DNA of 32,000 nucleotides from Candidatus Lokiarchaeum ossiferum (GTDB taxonomy: Archaea > Asgardarchaeota > Lokiarchaeia > Sigyniarchaeales > Promethearchaeaceae). Under the pieces are notes generated by a model. The model was given only the letters and a program-made list of their open reading frames with translations. It had not been told where the DNA came from and did not search any database. Location of the stretch: positions 720,001 to 752,000 of the forward strand of contig CP104013.1 in assembly GCA_025839675.1 (NCBI GenBank), written 5' to 3'. Position 1 is the first letter of the stretch; each line of letters begins with the position of its first letter. Shown piece after piece: positions 1 through 9,366 of the stretch. The position numbers and the translations under genes were made by a program.

Positions 1-1
1 G

Positions 2-2710
2 ACGGGAGATAATAGTTATGTCATGGTGGGAGAATTGACTTATATTACAAACGGGCAATATGGATTTACTTTTATTGCAGATGTGGTTTTTCCTCAAGAA
101 GGAACCTATTCATTCCAAATAGTTGCAGAAAAGGACAACTATGAAACAAAACAATTGACAATCACGGTAAATGTCATTGTAGTTTCCGCAAACTTGAGTG
201 CATCTGAAGAATTGATTTCAAAGAGTTGGGAAGAAAACTTCACCTTAAGTATTTTGTATACAAATATCACAACTCCAGGAAGTCCATTGGGGATTGAAGG
301 TGCCACAGTGTCTTATACAATTTCTGGATTGCCTGCATACTCAGGATCCCTTGAAGATGTGGGTTTGGGAAGATATGAACTGGAATTGAATACAAGCGAT
401 TTTACAGAATTTTCTGATTCAGGAACATATGTTTTTCAAATTACTGCTGAAAGAAATCAGTTCCAAACAAAACAAATCTTGATCTCCCTTGAAATGGATT
501 TAAAACAAATGAATGTTACAATAACGCTTGTTCAAAATCCAACTCAGATATTTTGGGGGGATAACTTCACTCTAAATGCAGATCTTAAAGAAGAAGAAGG
601 ATTTGTTACAGGAGCAACTGTTTTTTACACTGTTTTGGATCATCCTACAATATTCGGAAATTTCTCTGAAGGTGGGAGTTTATATTCAATTCTGCTAAAT
701 TCGACTATTTTCCCAAATGTTGGTTCATATACCTTCGAAATTGAAGCATCAAATGACGGCTATGGAACACGGACTAAAACATTTGTTGTTGAAATTAAAA
801 TTGTACCAACGGAATTACTTTCTTTACACATAGACGATACAATCGAAGCATATTGGAATGATCCTATTACCATGAGTTTTCAATTCACCGATATTCAAGA
901 TGAAATATCTCCCACATTCATTACTGGAGCCAAAATTACATACACTGCTACTAAATTAACACCCTATACTGGCAATTTAACTTATCAGGGTGATGGAATT
1001 TATAGCTATTCATTCAATGCAAGTGATTTTGGTAAATCTGGAACCTATTCAATTCAAATTCGGGCAACTAAAAATCAGTATTTATCACAGCAACTTGTTT
1101 TAACTGTTGAGGTCAATATCCTTGAAACCAGTTTGGAAACTGATGCTTTGAATTTGGATGCATTTTGGTTAGACGAGGTGAATTTTACGGTTTCCTTCCA
1201 AGATGTTACAAACAGTGAAATGATAACAAATGGAAATATAACCTTTTCAGTATCTCAGGTTCAAGGGTTAAATGGAACAGTAACTCATATGAATTCTGGA
1301 ATCTATTCCATAACATTGGATACAACACAATTTCTTAAAGCAGGGGAATATACCATTGTATTTGAAGCGAAAAAATTCCAATATGAAACCCAAACATTAT
1401 CCTTCATATTGGACATAGTAATACTTCCAACAGCCTTTACTACTGATCAATACAATATTAATATTTTATGGGAAGAGAACTTTACCATAACAACTCATTA
1501 TTCAGATACGGAATATGACAATAATATTAATGATGGAGAAGTAAAATTCACAGTGGGTCAAGTTTCAGGCCTTTCAGGAAATCTTACAGTAGAAGGAAAT
1601 GGAAATTATAATATAGAATTAAGCTCTACGCAATTCCTTGGGGTGGGAACTTATTCCATTTTTATTCAAGCAACAAAATACCAACATCAAACAAGAGATA
1701 TTTTAATTTATTTAACAATCAGTCGAATTGATACTACTATCAATCAATCGATTTTCTTACAAAGTGATGTTGTTATGAATGTTACTACTTCAAATGTATT
1801 CCATTTCAGTTATATTGATCAATATGATCGATTTATCGAGAATGCAACAATCGCTTATTACGAATTACAAAATGGTAATACGATAACTTCTGGCACACTT
1901 GAATACCTCGGAAATGGAATCTATGAACTCGATTTGGATCTTGAATTGAAACCGGTGGGGACTTATTTGATAGTTATTCATTTGGGAATTGAAAATTACT
2001 ACGAACGAGCTGGGTCTATCAGTTTAAAAATCATCAATAAACAAATATCATTATATCTACCAGAAACATTAATTGATAAAAATATCGAACAGCCAGAAGG
2101 AGAAGATATTGTTATCGAATTTGAACTCTTTGATCCACTCGCGAATGGACCTCTAACAGGAGCAACGGTTTATATGGTTTACAGAAATCAAACATTTTCA
2201 CTAGAAGAAATTGATAATACTGGAACATATCGCTATATCATTGATACATCATCAGCTGAATACAATGCATTCTTTGCTGCTGAAAATGACATAGCAACAA
2301 TTTTTGTGGAGAAAGCCAATTACACAATGCCTTCATTCGATATAGGTATTTCTATTACTCCTCCAGAATACAACTTTGGAAATGTCGGAATTCCTAAGGT
2401 TTTTATAATCATTGGGAGTGCTGTAGGATTACTTGCAATAGCAGTTTATGGAACAACCAAATATGTAAAATATCTAACCATTCCTTTGATTGTGAAGCAA
2501 TTAGCGAGTACACGTAAGGCCATTTCCGGAAATAAAGCAATTGAACGGATAGTAATAACCCATACGGCTGAAGAAGAAATCTATGAACTATTTGCCAAAG
2601 ATTGGGAAATGTTGGATATAGATTTGAAAGAAGTATTGGAAATAAATAAAAAGGCATCAAATGAGTTAAAAAATCTAACTTCAGAAGATATGCCACAAGG
2701 AGGATATTAA
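2..2710 (+). CDS. Large surface repeat protein (5' partial): at least 8 Ig-like modules of ~100 aa, a C-terminal TM anchor and an ~80-aa cytoplasmic tail
   Basis: The frame is open to the window edge: codons from nt 2 give TGDNSYV before the first ATG at 23, and this continues the repeat pattern. The module ending G(T/S/E)Y(S/T/V)(F/I)xIxAxKxxYxTxxLxIxVxV recurs about every 100-105 aa (GTYSFQIVAEKDNYETKQLTITVNV, GTYVFQITAERNQFQTKQILISLEM, GSYTFEIEASNDGYGTRTKTFVVEIKI, GTYSIQIRATKNQYLSQQLVLTVEV, GEYTIVFEAKKFQYETQTLSFILDI, GTYSIFIQATKYQHQTRDILIYLTI, GTYLIVIHLGIENYYERAGSISLKI). N-x-S/T sequons are dense. A hydrophobic helix VFIIIGSAVGLLAIAVYGTT lies at ~2399-2458 and is followed by a charged tail. 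Confidence 0.8.
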   Translation, partial: TGDNSYVMVGELTYITNGQYGFTFIADVVFPQEGTYSFQIVAEKDNYETKQLTITVNVIVVSANLSASEELISKSWEENFTLSILYTNITTPGSPLGIEGATVSYTISGLPAYSGSLEDVGLGRYELELNTSDFTEFSDSGTYVFQITAERNQFQTKQILISLEMDLKQMNVTITLVQNPTQIFWGDNFTLNADLKEEEGFVTGATVFYTVLDHPTIFGNFSEGGSLYSILLNSTIFPNVGSYTFEIEASNDGYGTRTKTFVVEIKIVPTELLSLHIDDTIEAYWNDPITMSFQFTDIQDEISPTFITGAKITYTATKLTPYTGNLTYQGDGIYSYSFNASDFGKSGTYSIQIRATKNQYLSQQLVLTVEVNILETSLETDALNLDAFWLDEVNFTVSFQDVTNSEMITNGNITFSVSQVQGLNGTVTHMNSGIYSITLDTTQFLKAGEYTIVFEAKKFQYETQTLSFILDIVILPTAFTTDQYNINILWEENFTITTHYSDTEYDNNINDGEVKFTVGQVSGLSGNLTVEGNGNYNIELSSTQFLGVGTYSIFIQATKYQHQTRDILIYLTISRIDTTINQSIFLQSDVVMNVTTSNVFHFSYIDQYDRFIENATIAYYELQNGNTITSGTLEYLGNGIYELDLDLELKPVGTYLIVIHLGIENYYERAGSISLKIINKQISLYLPETLIDKNIEQPEGEDIVIEFELFDPLANGPLTGATVYMVYRNQTFSLEEIDNTGTYRYIIDTSSAEYNAFFAAENDIATIFVEKANYTMPSFDIGISITPPEYNFGNVGIPKVFIIIGSAVGLLAIAVYGTTKYVKYLTIPLIVKQLASTRKAISGNKAIERIVITHTAEEEIYELFAKDWEMLDIDLKEVLEINKKASNELKNLTSEDMPQGGY

Positions 2711-2711
2711 A

Positions 2712-3842
2712 ATGCCCTTAGGAATAGAAATCATGCACTGGGATGAACGATTAGGCGCAGAAGTGTACTGTACCTATCCTGATACATTGGATATTCAAGA
2801 AAAAACATTAATGCAATTGTATTCACAACATGAATTCACAGGTGATTCGGGGATGGTAAGTATAATGACGGGGTCAACCAATATCGCTTCTTATTATACC
2901 GGTCCAGAAACCGCAATTTATATCATTTTAGTTTTGAAAATTGAAGAAGATGGAGATACTTTTGAAGAAGGATTGGTAGAAATATCACGGCAAATAATGT
3001 CAAATCTTGATACTGAAACCCTACGATCTATACTTCCCCCGTTATTTCAACGATTATCGGTGTATCCATCTTTAAATCCAGAACAAAAACTCGCGTTAAT
3101 ATATAGTAGCGAAGTAAAACGGATGATTCTGAAACGAATGCATGAAGAAATAATACTGACAAAATCAGAATTAGCCATTTGGCTTAAAGATCAACATAAA
3201 GACATGTTTGTTGATTTAGATAATATAATTACGAGTTTGATAAAAGCTAATTTAGTGAAATCATCCTCAGTTAAAGGTATTTCATCAGATGTACTATTTT
3301 TAGCAAAGGATACTATGATGATTCGCAAACCTCCAGCTAATTTATTTAAAGATCCAGTTGATCACCACCTCCCAGAATCATTAAAAGCGGCCTATCAAGG
3401 AGAAGTAAGAGGATTCTTTCGAAATTACAAGCCTTCTGAGGATGATAACTTACTAATGATCGATAGAATCATCTTGAACCCCCAAATCTATGAAGTTTTG
3501 AAATTATTACGAGAAGCATTTGTAACAAAGAATGATATTGAAAAACTCCGGAAAAAAGGTGTGGATGATGTTGATGGAGTTTTACGGGATCTTTGGCAAA
3601 CAAAAATGATGGGAGTATTTAAAGATGCCCAAGAGACTGAATATTATGGGTTAGTTTCCGATTTTTATATTGGTACTTATTATCCTCGCCATGCCCTTAA
3701 CACAATTCGACATCAATATTCCCATAACGTTCAAAATCCAAATGCCTTATTGAAAGCTATTGAGATTATGCGAGAAGAATATCGTGCTATTGAAAAAGCA
3801 AAGAAGAAAAAAGAAAAGAAAAGTGAAGAAATAGTAATTTAA
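2712..3842 (+). CDS. Hypothetical cytoplasmic protein: N-terminal longin-like alpha/beta domain, two winged-helix-like segments and a Lys-rich tail
   Basis: The ATG is 1 nt after the upstream stop and is preceded by AGGAGG (2697-2702). By eye, residues 1-118 have the element order beta-beta-alpha-beta-beta-beta-alpha-alpha. Two segments have helix-turn-helix plus hairpin character: LTKSELAIWLKD...IITSLIKANLVKSSSVKG and PQIYEVLKLLRE...LRDLWQTKMMGVFKD. The C-terminus is KAKKKKEKK. I recognise no family with certainty. Confidence 0.75.
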   Translation: MPLGIEIMHWDERLGAEVYCTYPDTLDIQEKTLMQLYSQHEFTGDSGMVSIMTGSTNIASYYTGPETAIYIILVLKIEEDGDTFEEGLVEISRQIMSNLDTETLRSILPPLFQRLSVYPSLNPEQKLALIYSSEVKRMILKRMHEEIILTKSELAIWLKDQHKDMFVDLDNIITSLIKANLVKSSSVKGISSDVLFLAKDTMMIRKPPANLFKDPVDHHLPESLKAAYQGEVRGFFRNYKPSEDDNLLMIDRIILNPQIYEVLKLLREAFVTKNDIEKLRKKGVDDVDGVLRDLWQTKMMGVFKDAQETEYYGLVSDFYIGTYYPRHALNTIRHQYSHNVQNPNALLKAIEIMREEYRAIEKAKKKKEKKSEEIVI

Positions 3843-3844
3843 CA

Positions 3845-3852
3845 TTTTTTTT
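3845..3852 (+). terminator. Oligo-T (T8) tract 3 nt after the stop of the 2712-3842 gene
   Basis: A T8 run directly follows the TAA at 3840-3842. Archaeal RNA polymerase terminates at oligo-T tracts. T runs are common in this AT-rich DNA, so support is weak. Confidence 0.3.
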
Positions 3853-3873
3853 AAATTAACCTTCTATGTTTAT

Positions 3874-5337
3874 TTATTTCCTTGATTCCAAGAATTTGCC
3901 ATAATTATACAACTGTAGGATTATTTTAGGAATGTTTGTCGGTATTTCAATAACAGGTATTTTCGCTTTAATCATTTGTAATTGGAAATTATACCGAGTT
4001 TCATAAGCGTCAACTGTGTTACGATTGGGAGAAGGATTACAAAAAACAGGTTTATCAGTCGTTTGAATAATTTTTGTTAAGCTATCAATAGTCATTTGGC
4101 CGGCATCATCAATATCTAGCATTTTAGAGATAATATTGAAGCGTTCGGGTTCACGAACAAAAACAACACTACCAATGTTTCTATCCGCAAGAACGAGTTT
4201 AAATGCTTGGGCAAATAGACGAGGATCATAGCCATATTCACCCAGATCAATTGGATTGTTGAAGCTGGTGTTAACAGCAGGAAAAATCTGCCGCAATCCT
4301 TCAATAGTCTGAGGTTCAAAATCAGGAATAACTAAACCCATTTTTTCAAACATGTCAGTAAATTCCACTCCGATTCCACCTCCTGCCACTAAGATTGCCA
4401 CGTTTAAATTTTGGGGAACATTTGGTCGTAATGCTGCAACTTTGACCAAGTCCTGAAAGAATTCAAAATGATCAGCTAACATAATTCCAGATTGTTTGCA
4501 CATTGCCTTCCAAACATTATAAGATCCTGCTAATCCACCTGTATGAGATAACGTGGCTTGCACACCTCGATTACTTTGCCCCCCTTTCCAAAGAATAATC
4601 GGTTTTAAAGGAGTTATTGATTGTGCAATCTGCATGAACTCACGTCCATCCGGAATAGACTCTAGATACAAAGCAATTGTTTTGGTAATCGAATCATGCT
4701 GAAAATAAGTTAAAAGATCTGTAATGCTAATATCATAGGCATTTCCGATGGAAACCACATTATGGAACCCAATATTCATGGGGCCCAAAGTTAAATAGAG
4801 GCGCGCCATTGTTCCACCCGATTGAGCAACCCAAGAAATATTTCCTTTGCTTTGACACCAGTTAGGATAAATTGCGAGTTTTGAATAAGGATTTAACACA
4901 CCAAGCCCATTAGGTCCAATAAATCGAGTATTAGATGATGCAATAGCATTTTTTAATTCAGTATCAAGATTTTTATTCCCTGATTCTCCAAAACCAGAAG
5001 TATAAATTACAGCAAATCTACAAATCTCATTGCATTGTTTCACTACCGTAGGAACAAACTTAGCACTAACTGCGATTATAGCTAAATCAATAGGTTTTGG
5101 AATCCTCGAATCCATTAAATCTGGGTATACAGGGAACCCAAATAATTCATCAAATTTCGGATTGATCAGATAAACATTTCCTCCCCCTTCAATATAACCA
5201 GAACTCTGTAAAGCTATTAAAAATTTGCTTCCTCCGAGTTTATTTTTAGAAGCACCTATTATTGCAATGGATTTCGGATAAAATAGTGCCGTAAAATCCT
5301 CATGGAGTTGGTCAAAGGTTTTAGAAGAGGTAGTCAT
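3874..5337 (-). CDS. ADP-forming acyl-CoA synthetase, alpha-type subunit (CoA-binding plus succinyl-CoA-ligase-like domains)
   Basis: Carries the N-terminal CoA-binding motif FYPKSIAIIGASKNKLGGSKF and the phosphohistidine loop TLSHTGGLAGS typical of NDP-forming acyl-CoA synthetase/succinyl-CoA ligase alpha. The ORF extends to 5403. I prefer the ATG at 5337 (MTTSSKTFDQL...) because it gives the usual ~20 residues before the CoA-binding motif, and the TATA-like box at ~5406-5416 would start transcription downstream of 5403. No ATP-grasp beta subunit lies nearby. Confidence 0.85.
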   Translation of the reverse strand: MTTSSKTFDQLHEDFTALFYPKSIAIIGASKNKLGGSKFLIALQSSGYIEGGGNVYLINPKFDELFGFPVYPDLMDSRIPKPIDLAIIAVSAKFVPTVVKQCNEICRFAVIYTSGFGESGNKNLDTELKNAIASSNTRFIGPNGLGVLNPYSKLAIYPNWCQSKGNISWVAQSGGTMARLYLTLGPMNIGFHNVVSIGNAYDISITDLLTYFQHDSITKTIALYLESIPDGREFMQIAQSITPLKPIILWKGGQSNRGVQATLSHTGGLAGSYNVWKAMCKQSGIMLADHFEFFQDLVKVAALRPNVPQNLNVAILVAGGGIGVEFTDMFEKMGLVIPDFEPQTIEGLRQIFPAVNTSFNNPIDLGEYGYDPRLFAQAFKLVLADRNIGSVVFVREPERFNIISKMLDIDDAGQMTIDSLTKIIQTTDKPVFCNPSPNRNTVDAYETRYNFQLQMIKAKIPVIEIPTNIPKIILQLYNYGKFLESRK

Positions 5338-5510
5338 TACTAGTACATATATTATCTTTCCATTTTTAAGCTTAATTTTACTAATTTCAAAAAAATTTAG
5401 CAAAATATTATAGAATTGTAAGAAAAAGGAATTGTAAATAACTCATTATCGATTCTTGTTAAAGAAAAAACGATAGCAATTTTTTTAATGCACGAAATAG
5501 ACAAATAAAT

Positions 5511-8237
5511 ATGGAAAAAAACGAATTAATTTCAGATTACTTTGATATTGTTGCTGAAATTTCTTCGATATTAAAAGAAGAGAGAAGAAAATATGAACGT
5601 GATCCGGAATCATCTTTTTTTGATCCTTTTTCCATTGCAATTCATCACTTTTTAGGACAAATTCTCGCTTTCATGATTATTTATTTTTCATATTTTCCAA
5701 AAGGGGAAAAAAATAATGAAATTTTGAAATTAGAAGTTTTTAACCACCTTTTTCTAAAAAATGTCAGTTCGGATTCATATAATTTTAATCTTGAAGCCAT
5801 GCACGCAATACTTACAAACGAAGTTGGGATAAAACCAACAGATTTACCGAAAATATTTCATGAAAAACAATATTTAATTCCAATCTATCGAATGCAGATA
5901 TCTTCGAACTTAAAAGATTTAATTTTTAAGAAGATATGGGTAAAAACACAGATTTTTCCTAATGAATCATTTTGTAAAAACCAGCAAGCAAGCTATGAAA
6001 AATATCTAACACCAGCATTTTTAGGGGAAATATTTGAGTTACAACAACATAATTTGCAAAGAAAAACGATACAACAAGGAGTATTTTACAGTCCTATTTC
6101 AGAAATCCAATTCACGATCCTAAATCTCATTTATAAACATGTATCTCTAAATATCAGCAAGCCTCCAAAATATAATTCGCATGAGATTTCAAGTTGTCTT
6201 ATAGCCATATTCACAGGGAAATTTGAAAAATCATCTGAAAATGAAGACCTCGTTGAAACATTATTTCAAAACTTCCAGAATATAAAGGTTTTAGATCCTG
6301 CATGTGGCTCAGGTTCCTTTTTGGTTCATTTTCAAGATTTTTGGCTTAAAATGTGGCAAGCAAGAAATAAAACAACCTCAAAGAGTATTTTACCCCCAAA
6401 TTTTGTTGGATTTGATGTAAATCCATTAACCATTCTAATCGCAGACTTTCGGTTATGGATACGGTATTATTCCAATTTTCCCAAATATCTCCAAATTTGT
6501 TATCAGAGTATTAATTTTATGTGTGTTGATTTCCTAGTTAATGACTCAAAAACTCTTTTTTTAAATCAAAAATACGATTTCATCTTAGGAAATCCCCCAT
6601 ATATCCGCAATCGCGATATTAAGAATCCAAATTTATCTAAACCCATGAAAAATGAAGAATACCGCAATAAAATTCGTAAATCATTTCTCAATCTTGAATT
6701 ATCGCACCCAATGGAAATCAATAGGTTTGATTATTACATCTATTTTTATTTACATTCCTTTGAAAAATTGGCCAAAAATGGCATTATTGGATTTATAGTA
6801 TCAAATTCGTGGATGAGTGTCAAGTTTGGATATACTTTTCAGTCCTTTCTTTGTAAATATATGAAGATTCTAACCATTTCTGAAAATCTCTTTCGTTCTT
6901 TTTCTTCAGCCGAAATCAACACTGTTATTACGATTTTGCAGAAAAAACCTAAAGATTATCCTGCGGAATTATTAGAACGAAACCTTGCAGAATTTATTCA
7001 ATGGAAACAACCTTATCAAACCTTGATTGTTAGTGAAAATATAAAAAAAATGTTTGACATACTTAACCAATCTGAGAAATTCGATCAGGATTATTCAATA
7101 GTTGATTCGACCAATTTCTATAAAATCAAAGAAAATTCAATCGGAAAATCATTTATTACCTCCCAAAAGACCCTATTTATAGGACCGGAACGAATTAATC
7201 AAAAAAGAATACAAAAGACCTATTTGGGCTACAATTGGACAAATTATTTCTTTAAAGCACCTCCAATTTATTATGAACTACTTTTAGCCTTAGGGAAAAA
7301 GACAATTTTTCTACAAGATTTAGTAAAAATTCGACGGGGTATTACCACCAATTGCAATGAGTATTTTATACTAACACATCTTCATGATCACCAGTATATC
7401 AATGGTTATGGGGATATTTTTGAATTACCCGATGATGTTATGGACCCCTTCTTAAATTCTCCCAAAGATTTGGTTCTTCCAGAAATTCACCTTCCAGAAA
7501 TTAAGACATTTTTATTCAACACTCCATTTACAAAAACCCAGTTGAAAGCGAAAAAAATGACACAAGTTTTGAAGTATATCGAGTATGGTGAAACTAAGAA
7601 GATAAAAGTCAAACGGGGAGCAAAACGTGGTGAAAAACTTCAAGGAATTCACAATTTAGCATCATTTAAAAGCAAATATGATAAAAATCCGGACTCTTGG
7701 TACTCTTTCAAGGCATTTTCTCACAATGAATCTGTCAAATCTGAATTTTCAAAAGAAAAAAGAATAATTATACAAAAAATCTTTAATACCAGCTATAAAA
7801 TAGCCTTAATAGATTCTGAAATCATTCCAAATAATACATTTTATGAACTTTCAGTCAAAAGGCCTCAAGAAAATAGCATAGATCTCATATTTTCAATTCT
7901 ATTAAGTTCCTTGACATTTCTATCCATTGAATTACAAGGAAGAACTAATTTTGGAGGAGGTGCATTGGATACAGCAACATTTGACATTGGAAAAATCATA
8001 ATTATTCATCCAAACCAATATTCAGAATCTGAACAAAGAAGTATCTTGAATGCTGCAAATTTAATTGCTAAAACAAAAATCCAAAATTCCAATATAGAAT
8101 TCCAAAAACAAGTCCGGAGAAATTTGGATGAGATCATTTTAACCCCATTTAAAAATGAAACCACGATCCCCCAGTTATATGAATTAATTCTTGAGATACA
8201 GAATCAAAGAACCCAACGTTCTAAAACATTTAAGTAG
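5511..8237 (+). CDS. N6-adenine DNA methyltransferase, gamma-class, type IIG/IIL- or PglX-like, with a long C-terminal target-recognition region
   Basis: Has the helical N-domain signature FLGEIFELQQHNLQRKTIQQGVFYSP (LGxxYE...RKxxGxYYTP type), SAM motif I VLDPACGSGSFLV, catalytic motif IV LGNPPYI, and a downstream D-Y-Y-I-Y-F...GIIGFIVSNSWM block. The C-terminal KIRRGITTNCNEYFIL resembles TaqI/Eco57I-type TRD modules. No PD-(D/E)xK nuclease motif is evident. Confidence 0.85.
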   Translation: MEKNELISDYFDIVAEISSILKEERRKYERDPESSFFDPFSIAIHHFLGQILAFMIIYFSYFPKGEKNNEILKLEVFNHLFLKNVSSDSYNFNLEAMHAILTNEVGIKPTDLPKIFHEKQYLIPIYRMQISSNLKDLIFKKIWVKTQIFPNESFCKNQQASYEKYLTPAFLGEIFELQQHNLQRKTIQQGVFYSPISEIQFTILNLIYKHVSLNISKPPKYNSHEISSCLIAIFTGKFEKSSENEDLVETLFQNFQNIKVLDPACGSGSFLVHFQDFWLKMWQARNKTTSKSILPPNFVGFDVNPLTILIADFRLWIRYYSNFPKYLQICYQSINFMCVDFLVNDSKTLFLNQKYDFILGNPPYIRNRDIKNPNLSKPMKNEEYRNKIRKSFLNLELSHPMEINRFDYYIYFYLHSFEKLAKNGIIGFIVSNSWMSVKFGYTFQSFLCKYMKILTISENLFRSFSSAEINTVITILQKKPKDYPAELLERNLAEFIQWKQPYQTLIVSENIKKMFDILNQSEKFDQDYSIVDSTNFYKIKENSIGKSFITSQKTLFIGPERINQKRIQKTYLGYNWTNYFFKAPPIYYELLLALGKKTIFLQDLVKIRRGITTNCNEYFILTHLHDHQYINGYGDIFELPDDVMDPFLNSPKDLVLPEIHLPEIKTFLFNTPFTKTQLKAKKMTQVLKYIEYGETKKIKVKRGAKRGEKLQGIHNLASFKSKYDKNPDSWYSFKAFSHNESVKSEFSKEKRIIIQKIFNTSYKIALIDSEIIPNNTFYELSVKRPQENSIDLIFSILLSSLTFLSIELQGRTNFGGGALDTATFDIGKIIIIHPNQYSESEQRSILNAANLIAKTKIQNSNIEFQKQVRRNLDEIILTPFKNETTIPQLYELILEIQNQRTQRSKTFK

Positions 8238-8498
8238 GAATCCACCTTTACTCGAAATATAATAAAGAATTATTTTTAACTCAAACAACAAATAGCTATA
8301 ACATAGTATGTTTTTCATAGATTTGCATTGAAATCTATTAAATAAAGTATTTTCAAAACTTCAAAATTAGTATGAATGGTGACAATATTGAACAAAAATC
8401 TTAAATTTCTAATGAAGCACCTGATTAAATACAATTTGTTTGATTATTATTATGTTTATTCGCAGAAATTCATAAAATTTTTCCATATCAAAGAAACA

Positions 8499-9164
8499 AT
8501 GGATAGATGCACATATTGGATGGGCTGGAGAATATATCGCTTAATTGTCAAAAAATTATGGAAATGGGAATATCATGGATCAGCTAATTTTCCAAGCACT
8601 GGAGCATGCATTCTTATTGCAAATCATCATCATGCAATCGATCCTTACTTTGCGGGGTTGGGAATTTACCGCGAGGTTAATTTTTTAGCAAAAATATCAC
8701 TTTTTAAAATACCCATAGTTCGTTCCTTAATAACAGCATTTAAAGCGATTCCATTAAGAAGAGGTGTTTCGGATCAAATTGCGATTCGAGTTTTAAAAGA
8801 GAAACTTGCTAATGGAGAAGTAATTGGAATGTTTCCTGAAGGATCTAGGACGAAGGATGGAACTTTGCAAAAATTTCACACAGGTACAGCAAGATTATGC
8901 TTAGAAATGAATGTTCCTTATTGCCCAGTAGTTATTTTTGGCAGTCAAGATTTGCATATTGGCAAAAAAGTTACAGCATTTGCAGGAAAACCGCGTTATC
9001 CCCCAGCAGGAATGTCATGTACGAAAGAAAATTGCAAGGTATTTACAGAAATCATGTATAACGACATGAAAAAACTTTTAGATGAAAAACAACTCATCAT
9101 CGAAAAACAAAATCGGAATAATAGTCACCGTAAAAATAGAGATATTTTTCAACGAAATCTCTAA
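8499..9164 (+). CDS. plsC: Lysophospholipid/1-acyl-sn-glycerol-3-phosphate acyltransferase family protein (PlsC-like)
   Basis: Contains the HX4D catalytic motif (ANHHHAIDP), a FLAK...P motif II-like region, the motif III FPEGSRTKDG, and a downstream VPYCPVVIFG block. The ORF opens at 8376, but the first 41 codons are low-complexity. I prefer the ATG at 8499 (MDRCTYWMGW...); the start remains uncertain. Confidence 0.7.
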   Translation: MDRCTYWMGWRIYRLIVKKLWKWEYHGSANFPSTGACILIANHHHAIDPYFAGLGIYREVNFLAKISLFKIPIVRSLITAFKAIPLRRGVSDQIAIRVLKEKLANGEVIGMFPEGSRTKDGTLQKFHTGTARLCLEMNVPYCPVVIFGSQDLHIGKKVTAFAGKPRYPPAGMSCTKENCKVFTEIMYNDMKKLLDEKQLIIEKQNRNNSHRKNRDIFQRNL

Positions 9165-9366
9165 AAAATATTTTTATCTTCCCTTTTTGTCCATCACTCT
9201 CATCTTCCATGAATTTATATCTAACAGAATTATATCTAAGAGAATTTATTTCTTTTAAAAATCAGCAATTTTTGATTTCTATTAACATTCGTGGATACAT
9301 TGAAACTTAGAGTGCACTACGAAGAATATCGGATAACCAATTCTAAAAAAAATTTATGGAAAAAAA

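Noticed and set aside
8317-8338. Perfect 8-bp inverted repeat, atagattt-N6-aaatctat, upstream of the PlsC-like gene
   Set aside because: It is entirely A/T-rich and short. Palindromes like this are expected by chance many times in AT-rich DNA, and there is no second copy or associated regulator.
3874-9164. MTase neighbourhood considered as a complete restriction-modification or BREX locus
   Set aside because: The flanking genes are an acyl-CoA synthetase subunit and a PlsC-like acyltransferase. No nuclease, PglZ, BrxC/L, helicase or specificity subunit is present.
9211-9250. About 2.5 tandem copies of a 15-16-nt unit, gaatt(t)atatctaa(c/g)a, in the convergent intergenic region
   Set aside because: It is a low-complexity AT-rich microduplication between two 3' ends, with no obvious structure or coding potential. 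It is probably slippage debris.
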